This document shows, piece by piece, positions 38,259-48,322 of a stretch of DNA of 64,000 nt. Every line of letters begins with the position of its first letter. The stretch's first letter is position 1. Source of the stretch: Blastocatellia bacterium (GTDB lineage: Bacteria; Acidobacteriota; Blastocatellia; UBA7656); NCBI GenBank assembly GCA_963765495.1, contig CAVXWP010000007.1, positions 384,001 through 448,000 of the forward strand. The letters are read 5' to 3'. The notes beneath the pieces are model-generated. The model was not told the DNA's origin, made no database searches, and was given only the letters and a program-made list of their open reading frames with translations. Both the position numbers and the translations under genes were made by a program.

Positions 38259-39170
38259 TCATCCAAACTGCGAGCGCCGCGCAAGATAGGCGAAAAGCGA
38301 TGCATCGAGCGGCTCATCCGTCCTGTGCAATTCGTAATCGATGCGATTGCGCGAGGCTCCATCCTTGAGCGCGTCGATGTGCAGACGAACGGCCCGCAGG
38401 TATTCATCGCGCAACACGTCGGGCAGCACGTGCAGTTGCTCTTCGGTCTCGCTGTCTTCGAGCACAAGCGGCTCATCAAAATCGAAATCGAGTTCCTGTC
38501 GGTCCAAAATGTGAAAAACTATGACTTCGTTGCCGCGAAATCTGAGGTGTTCAAGCCCCTCGATAATTCGTTCAGGTTCGTCATAAAGATCGGATATGAG
38601 GACGATGACTCCACGGCGGGTAATCAACTCGGCCGCTTTATGCAGATGATCTGCCAGCGCAGTCCCGCGACCGGGCACAAGCCGCTCGATCAATCCGAGC
38701 ACGGTTCGCAGGTGGCCGGTCCTTGAGCGCGGCGGTATCTGCTCTATCACCTCTTCATCGAAGGCGACGAGTCCGACCGAATCGTGCTGGCGCACGCCGA
38801 GGAATGCCAGCGACGAAGCCAGATACTGTGCGTATTGCAGCTTTGTGACCGCGCCGCTCGCATAGCCCATCGAGGCGCTTGCGTCCACGAGCAGATGTAT
38901 CTGGGCATTCGTATCGCCCTGATATTTCTTGATGTAAAGCCGGTCGGTTCGCGCAAGCAGTTTCCAGTCGAGGTGGCGAAGGTCGTCGCCCGGCATGTAC
39001 TGGCGATGCTCGGCAAAGTCGGTGGAAAAGCCCAGATACGGAGAGCGGTGAAGCCCCGAGATAAAGCCTTCGACAACGGAGCGCGCCACAAGCTCAAGCG
39101 AGTTTATGCGCGCCAGAACTTCGGGGGCGAGAAAGCGCGTGCCTGTTTGTTGTGGAGCTTCTTGAAGCAT
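38259..39170 (-). CDS. DUF58 domain protein
   Basis: G.HRS...G.S.DFAEHRQYMPGDDLR.LDWK, DASASM, ISDL. Confidence 0.93.
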   Translation of the reverse strand: MLQEAPQQTGTRFLAPEVLARINSLELVARSVVEGFISGLHRSPYLGFSTDFAEHRQYMPGDDLRHLDWKLLARTDRLYIKKYQGDTNAQIHLLVDASASMGYASGAVTKLQYAQYLASSLAFLGVRQHDSVGLVAFDEEVIEQIPPRSRTGHLRTVLGLIERLVPGRGTALADHLHKAAELITRRGVIVLISDLYDEPERIIEGLEHLRFRGNEVIVFHILDRQELDFDFDEPLVLEDSETEEQLHVLPDVLRDEYLRAVRLHIDALKDGASRNRIDYELHRTDEPLDASLFAYLARRSQFG

Positions 39171-39185
39171 AACGACCACCTTTTT

Positions 39186-39263
39186 TTACAGGATTTACAG
39201 GATTCAACAGGATCGTCAAAGAGAATCTCTGGAAATCCAAATAAATCCTGTGAATCCTGTCTA
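39186..39263. repeat. Inverted nonamer-type element (ACAGGATTT)n
   Basis: acaggatttacaggattcaacaggat ... aatcctgtgaatcctgt. Confidence 0.8.
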
Positions 39264-40283
39264 AAGCCCTGATTTCGGCTCAGGGACAGATTCTATCAAC
39301 CGGCGAATCACGTCGTCGGGCTTTACTCTTTCCGACTCGGCGTGGAAGTTCAGCAGTATGCGGTGGCGCAGGATCGGATAGGCCAGCGCGCGTATATCTT
39401 CGACCGACACGTTATAGCGCCCGCTCATCACGGCGCGCGCCTTGCCGCCGAGCACCAGAAACTGCGAGGCGCGCAAACTCGCCCCCCAGTTTACCCAGCG
39501 ACGTATGAAATCGGGCGCGGAGTCGGATACGGGACGGCTCGCCCCTACGAGCCGCACGGCGTAGCGAGTCACGGATTCGGCCACAGGCACTCTGCGAACG
39601 AGACGCTGAAAGGCCAGAATGTCTATACCGCTCACGTTGCGCTCGAAATTGAATTTCTGAATCGAAGTCGTCTGGTTGACCACCTCTACTTCATCGTCTT
39701 CGCTCAAATAGCCGATCTTGATATTGAACATGAATCGGTCGAGCTGGGCTTCGGGCAGAGGGTAGGTGCCTTCCATCTCGATGGGGTTCTGCGTGGCCAG
39801 CACATAGAAAGGTTTGGGCAATTCATAAGTGGTTCCCTGGATAGTAACGCAGCCTTCCTGCATGGCTTCAAGCAAAGCGGCCTGAGTCTTTGGAGGGGTG
39901 CGATTGATTTCATCGGCCAAAATGATGTTGGCAAAAAGCGGCCCGCGAATAAATTCAAGCCTTCGATGACCCGTGGAGCGGTCCTCTTCTATGATATCGG
40001 TTCCGGTGATGTCGGAAGGCATAAGATCGGGTGTGAATTGAATCCGCTTAAAGGACAAATCCAAAACATTTGCTATCGTGCGGATCAGCAATGTCTTTGC
40101 AAGCCCCGGCACGCCCGAGACAAGCGAATGCCCTCCCACAAACAGCGAGATCAACGCCTGATCCACCACCTCGTCCTGCGCGATTATAACCTTGCGCACT
40201 TCGGTCAGAATCTGTTGCCGCGCCGTAATCAGCTTGTCTAATAATTCGTCTTCTCGAATGATGTCTGCCGTATCTATGGCCAT
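39261..40283 (-). CDS. moxR: MoxR-family AAA+ ATPase
   Basis: GVPGLAKT, RIQFTPDLMPSDI, ADEINRTPPKTQAALLEAMQE, ATQNPIE.EGTYPLPEAQLDRF. Confidence 0.96.
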   Translation of the reverse strand: MAIDTADIIREDELLDKLITARQQILTEVRKVIIAQDEVVDQALISLFVGGHSLVSGVPGLAKTLLIRTIANVLDLSFKRIQFTPDLMPSDITGTDIIEEDRSTGHRRLEFIRGPLFANIILADEINRTPPKTQAALLEAMQEGCVTIQGTTYELPKPFYVLATQNPIEMEGTYPLPEAQLDRFMFNIKIGYLSEDDEVEVVNQTTSIQKFNFERNVSGIDILAFQRLVRRVPVAESVTRYAVRLVGASRPVSDSAPDFIRRWVNWGASLRASQFLVLGGKARAVMSGRYNVSVEDIRALAYPILRHRILLNFHAESERVKPDDVIRRLIESVPEPKSGL

Positions 40284-40368
40284 TCTTGCTCCTGAATCGA
40301 AACCTTTAGTGTCGAGCTATGAGCGATTGATCCGACAACCGCTCACCACTTGTAGCCCGTCGTTTTGC

Positions 40369-41157
40369 TTAGTGCGTCAACGCGTAGAAGACGTAGTTGA
40401 CGCCGAATTTATAAGCGCTGTTTGTATCTTCGATAGGCTGGAACGGATCGTTGGACCACTGCCAATAATCGCTAACGTCATTGTTATAATTTATGATCAT
40501 CATCAACCGGCCGTTCTTGTCTTCGATGCCCAGAAATTCCGGTTTTAACCTGCCGTAAGGCGCTCGCACGTCAAGCGATTTGATCGAAAAAAAGCAGTTG
40601 AATATCGGGTGCGAAACCTCTAGAGGTTTGACCTCGTATTCCGGCAGCGCGCGCTTCAAATAGTACTGAAAATTATCCATATCCCAGGCGCGAAAATCGT
40701 CCACGAGCAGAAACCCGCCTCTGAGCAGGTATTCGCGCATCCCGGCTACCTCTTCGTCCGACAAATCCATGTGCCCGACTTCGCAGAGGTATGCGAGCGG
40801 GTACTTGAACAGATTGGGGTCGGCAAAACTGAAGATGTATTCTTCCTCTTCGGGATAAACTTCAAGCTTCGAAAGCTCGGAAAGTATCTTTATCAAATGC
40901 TGGCCGGCCTCCGGGTAGTCGTGTGACCATGCGGGGCCATGATCGCCAAGATACTCGCCCGGCATCGGCAGCGGGCCGAACTGTATGCGGGCAAATTTGA
41001 AGCGGTCGGATTCGTCTTTGTGCTCGCCCAGTCGATTATCGTTATAGGCAAAGGGGCGAGCCGTACCTTCGGACGCGGACGAAAAGGACGCGGACGAAAA
41101 GGTCGCGGGTACAACCGTCAGAAAAAGCAATATGGCGGTAAAGATGAATCTCGGCAT
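40369..41157 (-). CDS. DUF4159 domain exported protein
   Basis: Signal peptide; W..DYP.A, LFKYP, REYLLRGGFLLVDDF, HPIFNCFF, GVNYVFYALTH. Confidence 0.85.
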   Translation of the reverse strand: MPRFIFTAILLFLTVVPATFSSASFSSASEGTARPFAYNDNRLGEHKDESDRFKFARIQFGPLPMPGEYLGDHGPAWSHDYPEAGQHLIKILSELSKLEVYPEEEEYIFSFADPNLFKYPLAYLCEVGHMDLSDEEVAGMREYLLRGGFLLVDDFRAWDMDNFQYYLKRALPEYEVKPLEVSHPIFNCFFSIKSLDVRAPYGRLKPEFLGIEDKNGRLMMIINYNNDVSDYWQWSNDPFQPIEDTNSAYKFGVNYVFYALTH

Positions 41158-41169
41158 ACTACCTCGGTA

Positions 41170-41263
41170 AATTTAAGTTTTGAGTTTTAAGTTTTGAGTT
41201 TTGAGTTTTGAATTGAAACCTGAAATTCAAAACTCAAAACTTAAAACTCAAAACTTAAAACTA
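41170..41263. repeat. Inverted heptamer element (TTTTRAG)n / (CTYAAAA)n
   Basis: ttaagttttgagttttaagttttgagttttgagttttga ... tcaaaactcaaaacttaaaactcaaaacttaaaact. Confidence 0.9.
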
Positions 41264-43882
41264 ACTTCCTTTGAGCTTGAGCAAAAGCTCCTGGGCCTTT
41301 TCAAATCCGGGCGCGATTTCAAGCGAGCGCAGCACCTCGCGCTTTGCTTCGGCGCGATTGCCGCTCGCGTCAAGCGAGCGCGCCAGATCGTAATGCGCCT
41401 CGGCCATGTCGGGCGGGTTCAACGACAGGCGCACTCTATATTCGCGTATGGCCTCGGTCAAACTCCCCTGCTCAAGATAAGCATCGCCCGCAAGCTTATG
41501 CAAGGCAGCATCAAACGGATGTATGTAAAAACTTGTAATCAGCGCGGAAATCGCGCCTGCGCGGTCGCCCGTCTCAAGCCGCAACTGAGCCAATCGCTTG
41601 AAGGCTTCCACATCGGTTTCATTATATCGCGTCAAATCCGCGAGCGCCCTGGCCGCTTCCATCTTCTCTCCGCGTGACTGGTAAATATCGGCCAGCAGCG
41701 CATAAGGGTTACCTTCTCCCGCGTAGTAAGGGAAAAGCTCCGCCGCACGCCTGAGATGCTCGACGGCTTTATCCATATCCCCTTCGGATTTATATATCGT
41801 CCCGAGCCTCAGATGAGCGAAATAATCATTTGGCTTCGCCTGGATCATTGCCGCGAGCGCCTCCTTTGTGGGAGGCGCTCCTGTGGGTCTTGCGGCAAGC
41901 CCGCTTCCGAGCGCGTCGATGTAGCTCCCGGCTTTTGATTTAAGGAATTCATTGAAAGCCGTGTCGAATTCCGCAGGCGACAGATTCAGGGTGCGCTTCA
42001 AAACATCGGGCGTGGCCTGCCCTTCTTTGTAGAGCGCGAGCATCTGCAATATCTTGTCGAAGCCGAATTTTTCTTCCACGAATTCGCAGACTTCCGACGC
42101 CTGAAAATAAGCTATCGGAACCTGATCGGGTGCGCTTGGACGGGTGAATGCCGCGTCGAGGTCGGCGATCTTTACAAAGCGCCCGTCTTTGAAATTCTTC
42201 AATCTCTCTATCGACCAGTTATCGCCCCATCCCGGACGCGCCCGCCGCTCTTCATAAACCGACAGTCCCTCTGAGAACCATCGAGGTATTCGATAATCCG
42301 TCCCCTGAAGCGTGATTACGTGAGTGAATTCGTGCCAGAGCGTGCTGCCCCAGTTGAACTCTCCGATTGTTCGAGCCGAAGGAGAGTCCATCGCTATCAC
42401 CTGTCCGAAGCAGACGCCCAGCGCGCCGAGGCCGGGAAGCCCCAGAGAGCGTACGGCGAAGTCTTCGTGATTCGGGAATATCTCTACTGCGATGGGCGAG
42501 CGAGGCGTGAAATGGTATTTCGCCGTGAGTGTTTTATGAGCCTCTTCCAGAAGCGACTCGGCATAGACGGCAAGCGCGCCGCTCTCTTTTGGCGCGGACT
42601 TGATCACGAAAGGCCCGCGAATCGACTCCTGATAATCGGCCATCGAATCGAGCAGATCGAGCGTATTCTTGGCCCAGATGTTGAACGGGTCTCCGGCGAA
42701 GGTTCGTTCGAGTTCGGCGCGCCCTTCTGCGATGCGGTTTACGCGGAGCAACTGGATGCCGAGTTGAGTGCGGGCGCTCCAAAGGTTCGGAGAGAGAGCG
42801 ACGGCGCGTCGGTCGAAATCTACCGCGTCACTGTAGCGGCGATTTATCACGGCAAAATGCGCGAGAGTATCAAAGAATTCGCCCGCCTTCGGATTTACCG
42901 CGAGAGCCCGCTTTATTTCTGCGTCGAGTTCGCTCTTACGATCCGATATGTAAAAGATCGCGGCTCGCACTCCCGCAGCATCTACGGAATTCGGATTTAC
43001 CGCAATCGCACGATCTATGGCCTTCGACGCCTCTTCGCGTTTTTCGGCCTCCAGATCGAACCAGGAGCGGAGGACCAGCGCGTCCACGCAATTCGGATTG
43101 ACCGCAAGCGCCCGGTCTACGGCCGCAGACGGCTCATCATTTGATGTGAGTTGTTTGCTTCGGGCCATACCTACGAGAGCCGCCGAGGAGTTGGGATTGA
43201 TTTTGAGCGCGTCGGCGAAGAGGGTTGCCGCATCGCCGTAGACATATTTCTCGTTCAGTAGCTCGCCCTGCCCGATGTAGGCTTCGATAAAGTTCGGATC
43301 GCTTTCGCGAGCGTCGATGTAGAGATCATTTGCGTCTTTGTATTTTTCCAGATAAGTGACGGCCCGCGCGATGAGGGTAAGCTCTTCGGCCGAGCGCGGA
43401 GAGTTCTGGTTGTAGTAGCCGACAAACTGCTGGAGAACCGGCTGCGCTTCGTCTCTCTTTCCTTGAGCGAGAAGCGCCCGCGCGCGTCCGAGAGAGGCGC
43501 GCAGCCACACGGCGTTTTTCGCGTCTCGCGCTGCGTTTGCAAACTCCGTGGCGGCCTCGCTATAGCGTCCGGTCAGAAATTGAATCTCAGCGAGTGAGAC
43601 GCGAAGGGGAACGTTGCTTGAGTCTTTGCCGAGAAACTCCTTCGATCTCTTTTCCGCTTCCTCGTACTGCCCCGTTTCGATCAGACCGCGAACGAGACCG
43701 TTTTGAGCGTCACGGTCGGCGTTGTTTTTTTCAAGCAGCGATGTGAATACCTCTATGGCTTCTTTATAACTGCCTCTCAGAAGAAGGTCGTCCCCTTGCT
43801 CGATGGAAAGCACTTCGGCTGCGCCCGAATGGAATGAGCAGCCTATCAGAAGGACTAAAATGATGATGCTTAAACGTTTCAT
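41261..43882 (-). CDS. Exported TPR-repeat protein with peptidase MA (gluzincin) domain
   Basis: Signal peptide, many TPR-like ALxxNP repeats, HEFTH and PRWFSEG zinc ligands. Confidence 0.88.
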   Translation of the reverse strand: MKRLSIIILVLLIGCSFHSGAAEVLSIEQGDDLLLRGSYKEAIEVFTSLLEKNNADRDAQNGLVRGLIETGQYEEAEKRSKEFLGKDSSNVPLRVSLAEIQFLTGRYSEAATEFANAARDAKNAVWLRASLGRARALLAQGKRDEAQPVLQQFVGYYNQNSPRSAEELTLIARAVTYLEKYKDANDLYIDARESDPNFIEAYIGQGELLNEKYVYGDAATLFADALKINPNSSAALVGMARSKQLTSNDEPSAAVDRALAVNPNCVDALVLRSWFDLEAEKREEASKAIDRAIAVNPNSVDAAGVRAAIFYISDRKSELDAEIKRALAVNPKAGEFFDTLAHFAVINRRYSDAVDFDRRAVALSPNLWSARTQLGIQLLRVNRIAEGRAELERTFAGDPFNIWAKNTLDLLDSMADYQESIRGPFVIKSAPKESGALAVYAESLLEEAHKTLTAKYHFTPRSPIAVEIFPNHEDFAVRSLGLPGLGALGVCFGQVIAMDSPSARTIGEFNWGSTLWHEFTHVITLQGTDYRIPRWFSEGLSVYEERRARPGWGDNWSIERLKNFKDGRFVKIADLDAAFTRPSAPDQVPIAYFQASEVCEFVEEKFGFDKILQMLALYKEGQATPDVLKRTLNLSPAEFDTAFNEFLKSKAGSYIDALGSGLAARPTGAPPTKEALAAMIQAKPNDYFAHLRLGTIYKSEGDMDKAVEHLRRAAELFPYYAGEGNPYALLADIYQSRGEKMEAARALADLTRYNETDVEAFKRLAQLRLETGDRAGAISALITSFYIHPFDAALHKLAGDAYLEQGSLTEAIREYRVRLSLNPPDMAEAHYDLARSLDASGNRAEAKREVLRSLEIAPGFEKAQELLLKLKGS

Positions 43883-43904
43883 TACTTCCTGCATGATTTA
43901 ATGA

Positions 43905-45044
43905 TTATTTCTGCTTTGCTTTGATCTGTTGATTCACACCGGCAAGCTCCAGAAGCAATCGCTCAAGCTCGGCTTCATACTCTTCCGGTTTCATCTCCGA
44001 CTTGCGGGTCTTCAGTTTTTCAACCTCTTCTTCAAGCCGCTGTCGCTCCGCAAGCAAGCGCGCAACTTCCGCATCCCCGCCCGCCTGTTCTATCTGTCGG
44101 GAATCCAGATAGGTAGTCTTTGCAAGTGCACCGTCGCCCTCTTTTGATTCTTCGTGTCCCGTGCCGTCGCCGTTGTCGTCTAAAAGGGCGTGCTCGGTCG
44201 CAAGCCGTTTCTGCTCGTTGTACTTGTCGGCCACCAGATGCGTAGCGTAATCGAAAGCCTCAAGCACGGAGATGCGGTTGTTTTTGTCTGTGTCGGCCGC
44301 TTCGTTTGTGAGCGCGTCTATGAAATACTCGGCGAAGATCGTGGCGTTTTGCTCGTTGCCGCTGCGGGTAGCTGTGATGACGATTCGATTCGGGCCGGAA
44401 AGCGGCTTTACGAATTCGCCCGATGAGCTTGTGGTGTCGACAAAGACTACGCGCTTTGACGGAAATTCCTTGAGGAGCGCCGCATAGTCTTTCGCAGTCA
44501 GGTCCGGCCCTATCAGATTGAACTTTGCTTCCTGAGTGTCAAACGAGCCGTGGCCTATCAATAATATAAAGACGAGGCTGTCGGAGTTGGCGGCGGCTTT
44601 GATCGCGCCAAATGCTTTACGGACCTCTTCGGAGGTAGAGCGAGCGACATTCTCGCGCAGATCGTTTTCGGGTCCGCCGTTGACGGTTTCCATCAAGAGA
44701 TAAGTGTGCTTTTCATCAAAGCCCAGACGATTGACGAGCGCGTCGTGGAGCTTGAGGGCCTGTTCTGTAAACCTCTTTTTATAAGTTTCTTCGCCGCCCA
44801 CGCCTGCTATGATCAAGGCGAATTTATTCGGGTCAACCGGGGCGCGGGGCGGTTTCGCCGCCTGTTCTGATCGTGACTGCCCTGATTGTGACTGCTCTGA
44901 TTGTGACTGCCCTGATTGTGGCGAAGCGGTTCCAGATTTCTGACCTTCCTGCTGATTGGCAGGGCCGCGCTCCGCTCCGACGCTGCACGAGCAAAGCAGG
45001 AGGCAAAGTGTCAAAGCCGCCGATGAAAATCTCGTCATTAGCAT
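43905..45044 (-). CDS. Exported caspase/legumain-like fold protein lacking the catalytic Cys, with C-terminal coiled coil
   Basis: ALIIAG, LLIGHG, DTTSSSG (Cys absent), IVITAT, DTDKNNRISVLEAF, LDDNGDG. Confidence 0.75.
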   Translation of the reverse strand: MLMTRFSSAALTLCLLLCSCSVGAERGPANQQEGQKSGTASPQSGQSQSEQSQSGQSRSEQAAKPPRAPVDPNKFALIIAGVGGEETYKKRFTEQALKLHDALVNRLGFDEKHTYLLMETVNGGPENDLRENVARSTSEEVRKAFGAIKAAANSDSLVFILLIGHGSFDTQEAKFNLIGPDLTAKDYAALLKEFPSKRVVFVDTTSSSGEFVKPLSGPNRIVITATRSGNEQNATIFAEYFIDALTNEAADTDKNNRISVLEAFDYATHLVADKYNEQKRLATEHALLDDNGDGTGHEESKEGDGALAKTTYLDSRQIEQAGGDAEVARLLAERQRLEEEVEKLKTRKSEMKPEEYEAELERLLLELAGVNQQIKAKQK

Positions 45045-45062
45045 CCTGTTACCTGAACGTTT

Positions 45063-47387
45063 CTATGCAAGCCCTTTGCGCTTGCGCGTAAACCACTCGG
45101 CTGCGGCGAGCAATACGATGAGCAGAAAATTTATGGGCATGTCCCAGAGGTCTTTCGACTCGCGCACGGAGCCTGCGCTTTCCGTATGCGTCAAATCCTC
45201 TATCAGATTCTCAGCCTGACTCAAGGTATAATAGGCCCCGCCCGTATTGGTCGCTATGCGTTCGAGCAATTCGCGATTCTGCGCTGCGTCGTGAGCCTCG
45301 CGATTCAACGGCCCGGCCAGAAAAACGGCCTCGGTCGTGCCTGCTGTCCCACCTTGAGATTTGCCGTCTTGAGATTTGCCGTCTTGAGACTTGCCTCCAC
45401 CCGAGGTCGAGACCTCTATGCGGTAGAGTCCTTCCTCATTGGGCAGGATCGTTCCCGAGTACCCTTCGAACCCGCCCTCGGCATCGGGCTTGAGCGTCAG
45501 GTCGAGCGTGCCGCCTGTGGGGGTCGTAACGCGCGCCGTGACATTTGCGCCTGTGACGTTCTGGAATTTCTCGTCCGCAACTTCCGCGCGCAGGCGAACA
45601 GGCTCAAGCGTGCCGTAGTAGCTGCGCTCGGTCGAAGCCTCTATCGTGTGGCGAGTCCCTTCGACAAGATAGCGCAGCAGGTTGCGCCAGAAGGTTTCGT
45701 AGGATTTGTTTTTGGATTCGAGCATCATCCGCCACCGCCACGTGTCTGATGCCATCAGCGCAAGACTCCGCCCTCGCCCGTATCTCTGCTCGATGAGCAA
45801 AGGAGCCACGCGGTTGTTCCGGCTGTCGCGGCCTTCGAGAATCACGGTCGCGCCGGGTTTTGTCTCGGTTATGATTTCGGGCAAGGTGAGCGCGGGCATC
45901 TGCTCCCAAGCCTTCTGGTTGGCTTCGGGCTGATCGGCGAGCCTCGCCGCCGGGTTATCGCGTCCCCGTTCGGAAGGCGCGGTCTTGAAGGTCTGGCTTT
46001 CGGTCGAGGTCGCCACCTGTCCGCCAAGCGAAACCGGCAGAAGATCGGCAAGCGGTGTATTGGCATATCCTCCCACGTTGAAAGACTTCGGCCCTCCAAG
46101 CGCCAGAAGCGTCCCGCCTCGCCTGCTTACAAACTGTTCGATGATTCTGAGTTGATCGAATGTGAAGAAGGTGGCTTCGATGCTGCCTATTATGATGGCG
46201 TCGTATTTGAAAAGCTCTTCTTCTGATTTTGGGAAACCCGTCGCCAGTTCGTCCCCGCTCTCTACGCCCTGTCGATAAAACTTCCCGTCAGCCGAGCGCA
46301 ATACGCTCACAAGCACGACGTTTTTCTCATCCGTCACCCCCGAGCGCAGCTTGCCGTATTCCCATCGCGGCGCGCCTTCTATGTAGAGAATTCTCGGGTG
46401 AGCGTCCTCTACATTGATTACAAGTTCCTGCGAGTTGTTGTCAGCTACAGGCTCATCGGGAAGCGGTTTGGCCGTGAACGAGTAGCGGTGGAGGCCGGGC
46501 GATGAAGGCGTGAAGGTGATGCGCGCAACCGTGGTGGCTTCGCCCTGTACGGGGACCTGCCGGGTAAACAGAGGGTGAGAGTCTTCCGTCAACTCGATCT
46601 CTATACTCTTCTGGCTGCCGCTTGCGCGCACAAGAAGTTCGGCCGTGACGGGCGAGCCTGCCAGCGAACGACGCGGGGCCGTGGCCCGTATGATCTCCAC
46701 ATCGCCTTCGAGCGTGGTGCTGCCTACGCCTACGGTGAAGACCGGCAGCCCCTGAGCCCGCAGTCTGTTGAGCGTGCTTGTGAATCCGCCCTCTTCTTTC
46801 TCGACGCCATTGTTTGCCCCGTCGCTTATCAGGATGATGCCCGACACGGGAAGCCCCGCCGATTCACGCGTGATCTGTTCTATTGATTCCTGCAGGTCGG
46901 TGCGGTCGCCTTCGCCTTTTAGCTCGGTTGCATCGGTGACGCGCTCGGCCGTGGCAGAAAATCCATAGGCGTGGACTTTGAACTTTTCGGCAAGCGCTGT
47001 GGCAAACGGACTGCCCGCGCTCATCAACTGCTTTACCGCATCAAGCCTCGTTCCTGCCATCCCATCTCGAAGCTGCATGCTCGAAGAATCATCCATCAGC
47101 ACGGCTACGTAGGTCGAGCCGGGAAGCACAGTAGGTATGACGATGACCGGCCTCATCAGGCAGAAGACTATGACGGCGACAAGCGCGGTCCTGAGCGCAA
47201 TGAGCGCGACTCGCCATCCGGTCCCAAGCCTGAGCGAGGGGCGGGCATAGAGATAGTAGGCCAGCAGAGCCAGTCCGATTACGAGCGCCACGATCAAAAT
47301 GGTTGAGGGGCGCGCAGCAAATCCGAACTGACCTTTTTCAAAGATGGCTGCCCTGTACTTGAACAGAAAACTTACGACCTGTTCCAA
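45063..47387 (-). CDS. VWA + glutamine-amidotransferase-like membrane protein
   Basis: AGGAG RBS + TTG; N-terminal TMs, DDSSSM MIDAS, ISDGANN, LLPV, YGRGR, TWRWR, ERIA..TGG, C-terminal EW..RK..GL. Confidence 0.87.
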   Translation of the reverse strand: MEQVVSFLFKYRAAIFEKGQFGFAARPSTILIVALVIGLALLAYYLYARPSLRLGTGWRVALIALRTALVAVIVFCLMRPVIVIPTVLPGSTYVAVLMDDSSSMQLRDGMAGTRLDAVKQLMSAGSPFATALAEKFKVHAYGFSATAERVTDATELKGEGDRTDLQESIEQITRESAGLPVSGIILISDGANNGVEKEEGGFTSTLNRLRAQGLPVFTVGVGSTTLEGDVEIIRATAPRRSLAGSPVTAELLVRASGSQKSIEIELTEDSHPLFTRQVPVQGEATTVARITFTPSSPGLHRYSFTAKPLPDEPVADNNSQELVINVEDAHPRILYIEGAPRWEYGKLRSGVTDEKNVVLVSVLRSADGKFYRQGVESGDELATGFPKSEEELFKYDAIIIGSIEATFFTFDQLRIIEQFVSRRGGTLLALGGPKSFNVGGYANTPLADLLPVSLGGQVATSTESQTFKTAPSERGRDNPAARLADQPEANQKAWEQMPALTLPEIITETKPGATVILEGRDSRNNRVAPLLIEQRYGRGRSLALMASDTWRWRMMLESKNKSYETFWRNLLRYLVEGTRHTIEASTERSYYGTLEPVRLRAEVADEKFQNVTGANVTARVTTPTGGTLDLTLKPDAEGGFEGYSGTILPNEEGLYRIEVSTSGGGKSQDGKSQDGKSQGGTAGTTEAVFLAGPLNREAHDAAQNRELLERIATNTGGAYYTLSQAENLIEDLTHTESAGSVRESKDLWDMPINFLLIVLLAAAEWFTRKRKGLA

Positions 47388-47842
47388 GATTGACTCCTGT
47401 TCTCAATGCGCTCTCAGCAACAAAGAACCGTTGTTTCAATCATTGTAATTGCTAACGCCCGGCGGCGCAAAAGTTTCATGAGTGATGGCCAGGTGTTACA
47501 ACTTTTTACAACCCGCTGCGGTCGCTCACGCTCAACCTGCCGGTAGTCTGCGCCCTGTATATCCAGAACGGACTTACAGCGCGGGGCCGATGAGTGATCT
47601 TGGCCGAAAAGGGTAAAACGACCTCTTTGCAGGCGACTTGATCTTCAGGTCATCGTCATCCATTTACCGATAGGGATCGAGGTATGGTAGGCTGCTTCCG
47701 ACAGCAGACGATTCGAGTCTCGGAAAATATCGAGGTATGTGCCGGTCGAATAAGTTCAAATTTGACTCAGAGGCTTCTTTAGCTCACTCTTCCTTTCTGT
47801 TTGCATAAAAGCCCTTTAGCTCTGCTAAACGCAGATTTCGGG

Positions 47843-47870
47843 TTGACAAATAAGTCTGGTGTGATAGTAT
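47843..47870 (+). promoter_or_regulatory. Putative sigma70 promoter about 450 nt upstream of the HYR-domain gene
   Basis: TTGACA-N16-TAGTAT with TG extended -10. Confidence 0.55.
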
Positions 47871-48322
47871 CCGGCAGGCAAGAGTGGCATCAGTGTGGTC
47901 CCGAAGTTTTGGGCACCCATAAAGACTAGCAATAATCTTTTGTTGTAAGTGATGGCGGCAAAGCAGCTTAACCAGCCGCCCCCGATCAAGTTGTTCGAGC
48001 GAGCAAGGCGTACAGGTAGGCTCAAAGCAGTGATTTAAGCCAAATTGCTTATTCAGCTTTGACCTTTGTTTGTTCGCACGGTTTGTGTGTTGAATAACAC
48101 AGCGATTCGGTTGAGAGGTCGACTACAGGTAGCACCAAGCTGCATCAATTTACGCAATGAACGTGACCCCATCTCCTTCAATAGGTATAGCAAGCGCCGC
48201 AACTTTCCCGGCGCATCGCATAATCCAGATCACCTCAGCCGGCGACAAGCCTTTCTGCCTGGCAACTTCTACGGCTAGAGATTGGACATCAGGTTTTAAG
48301 AATTTTCAGGAGGATCAAAAAT

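Noticed and set aside
47670-47725. TGGTA...CTGCT/AGCAG...TTCGAGTC tRNA-like pieces
   Set aside because: 6-nt loop, and no T stem or acceptor stem pairing
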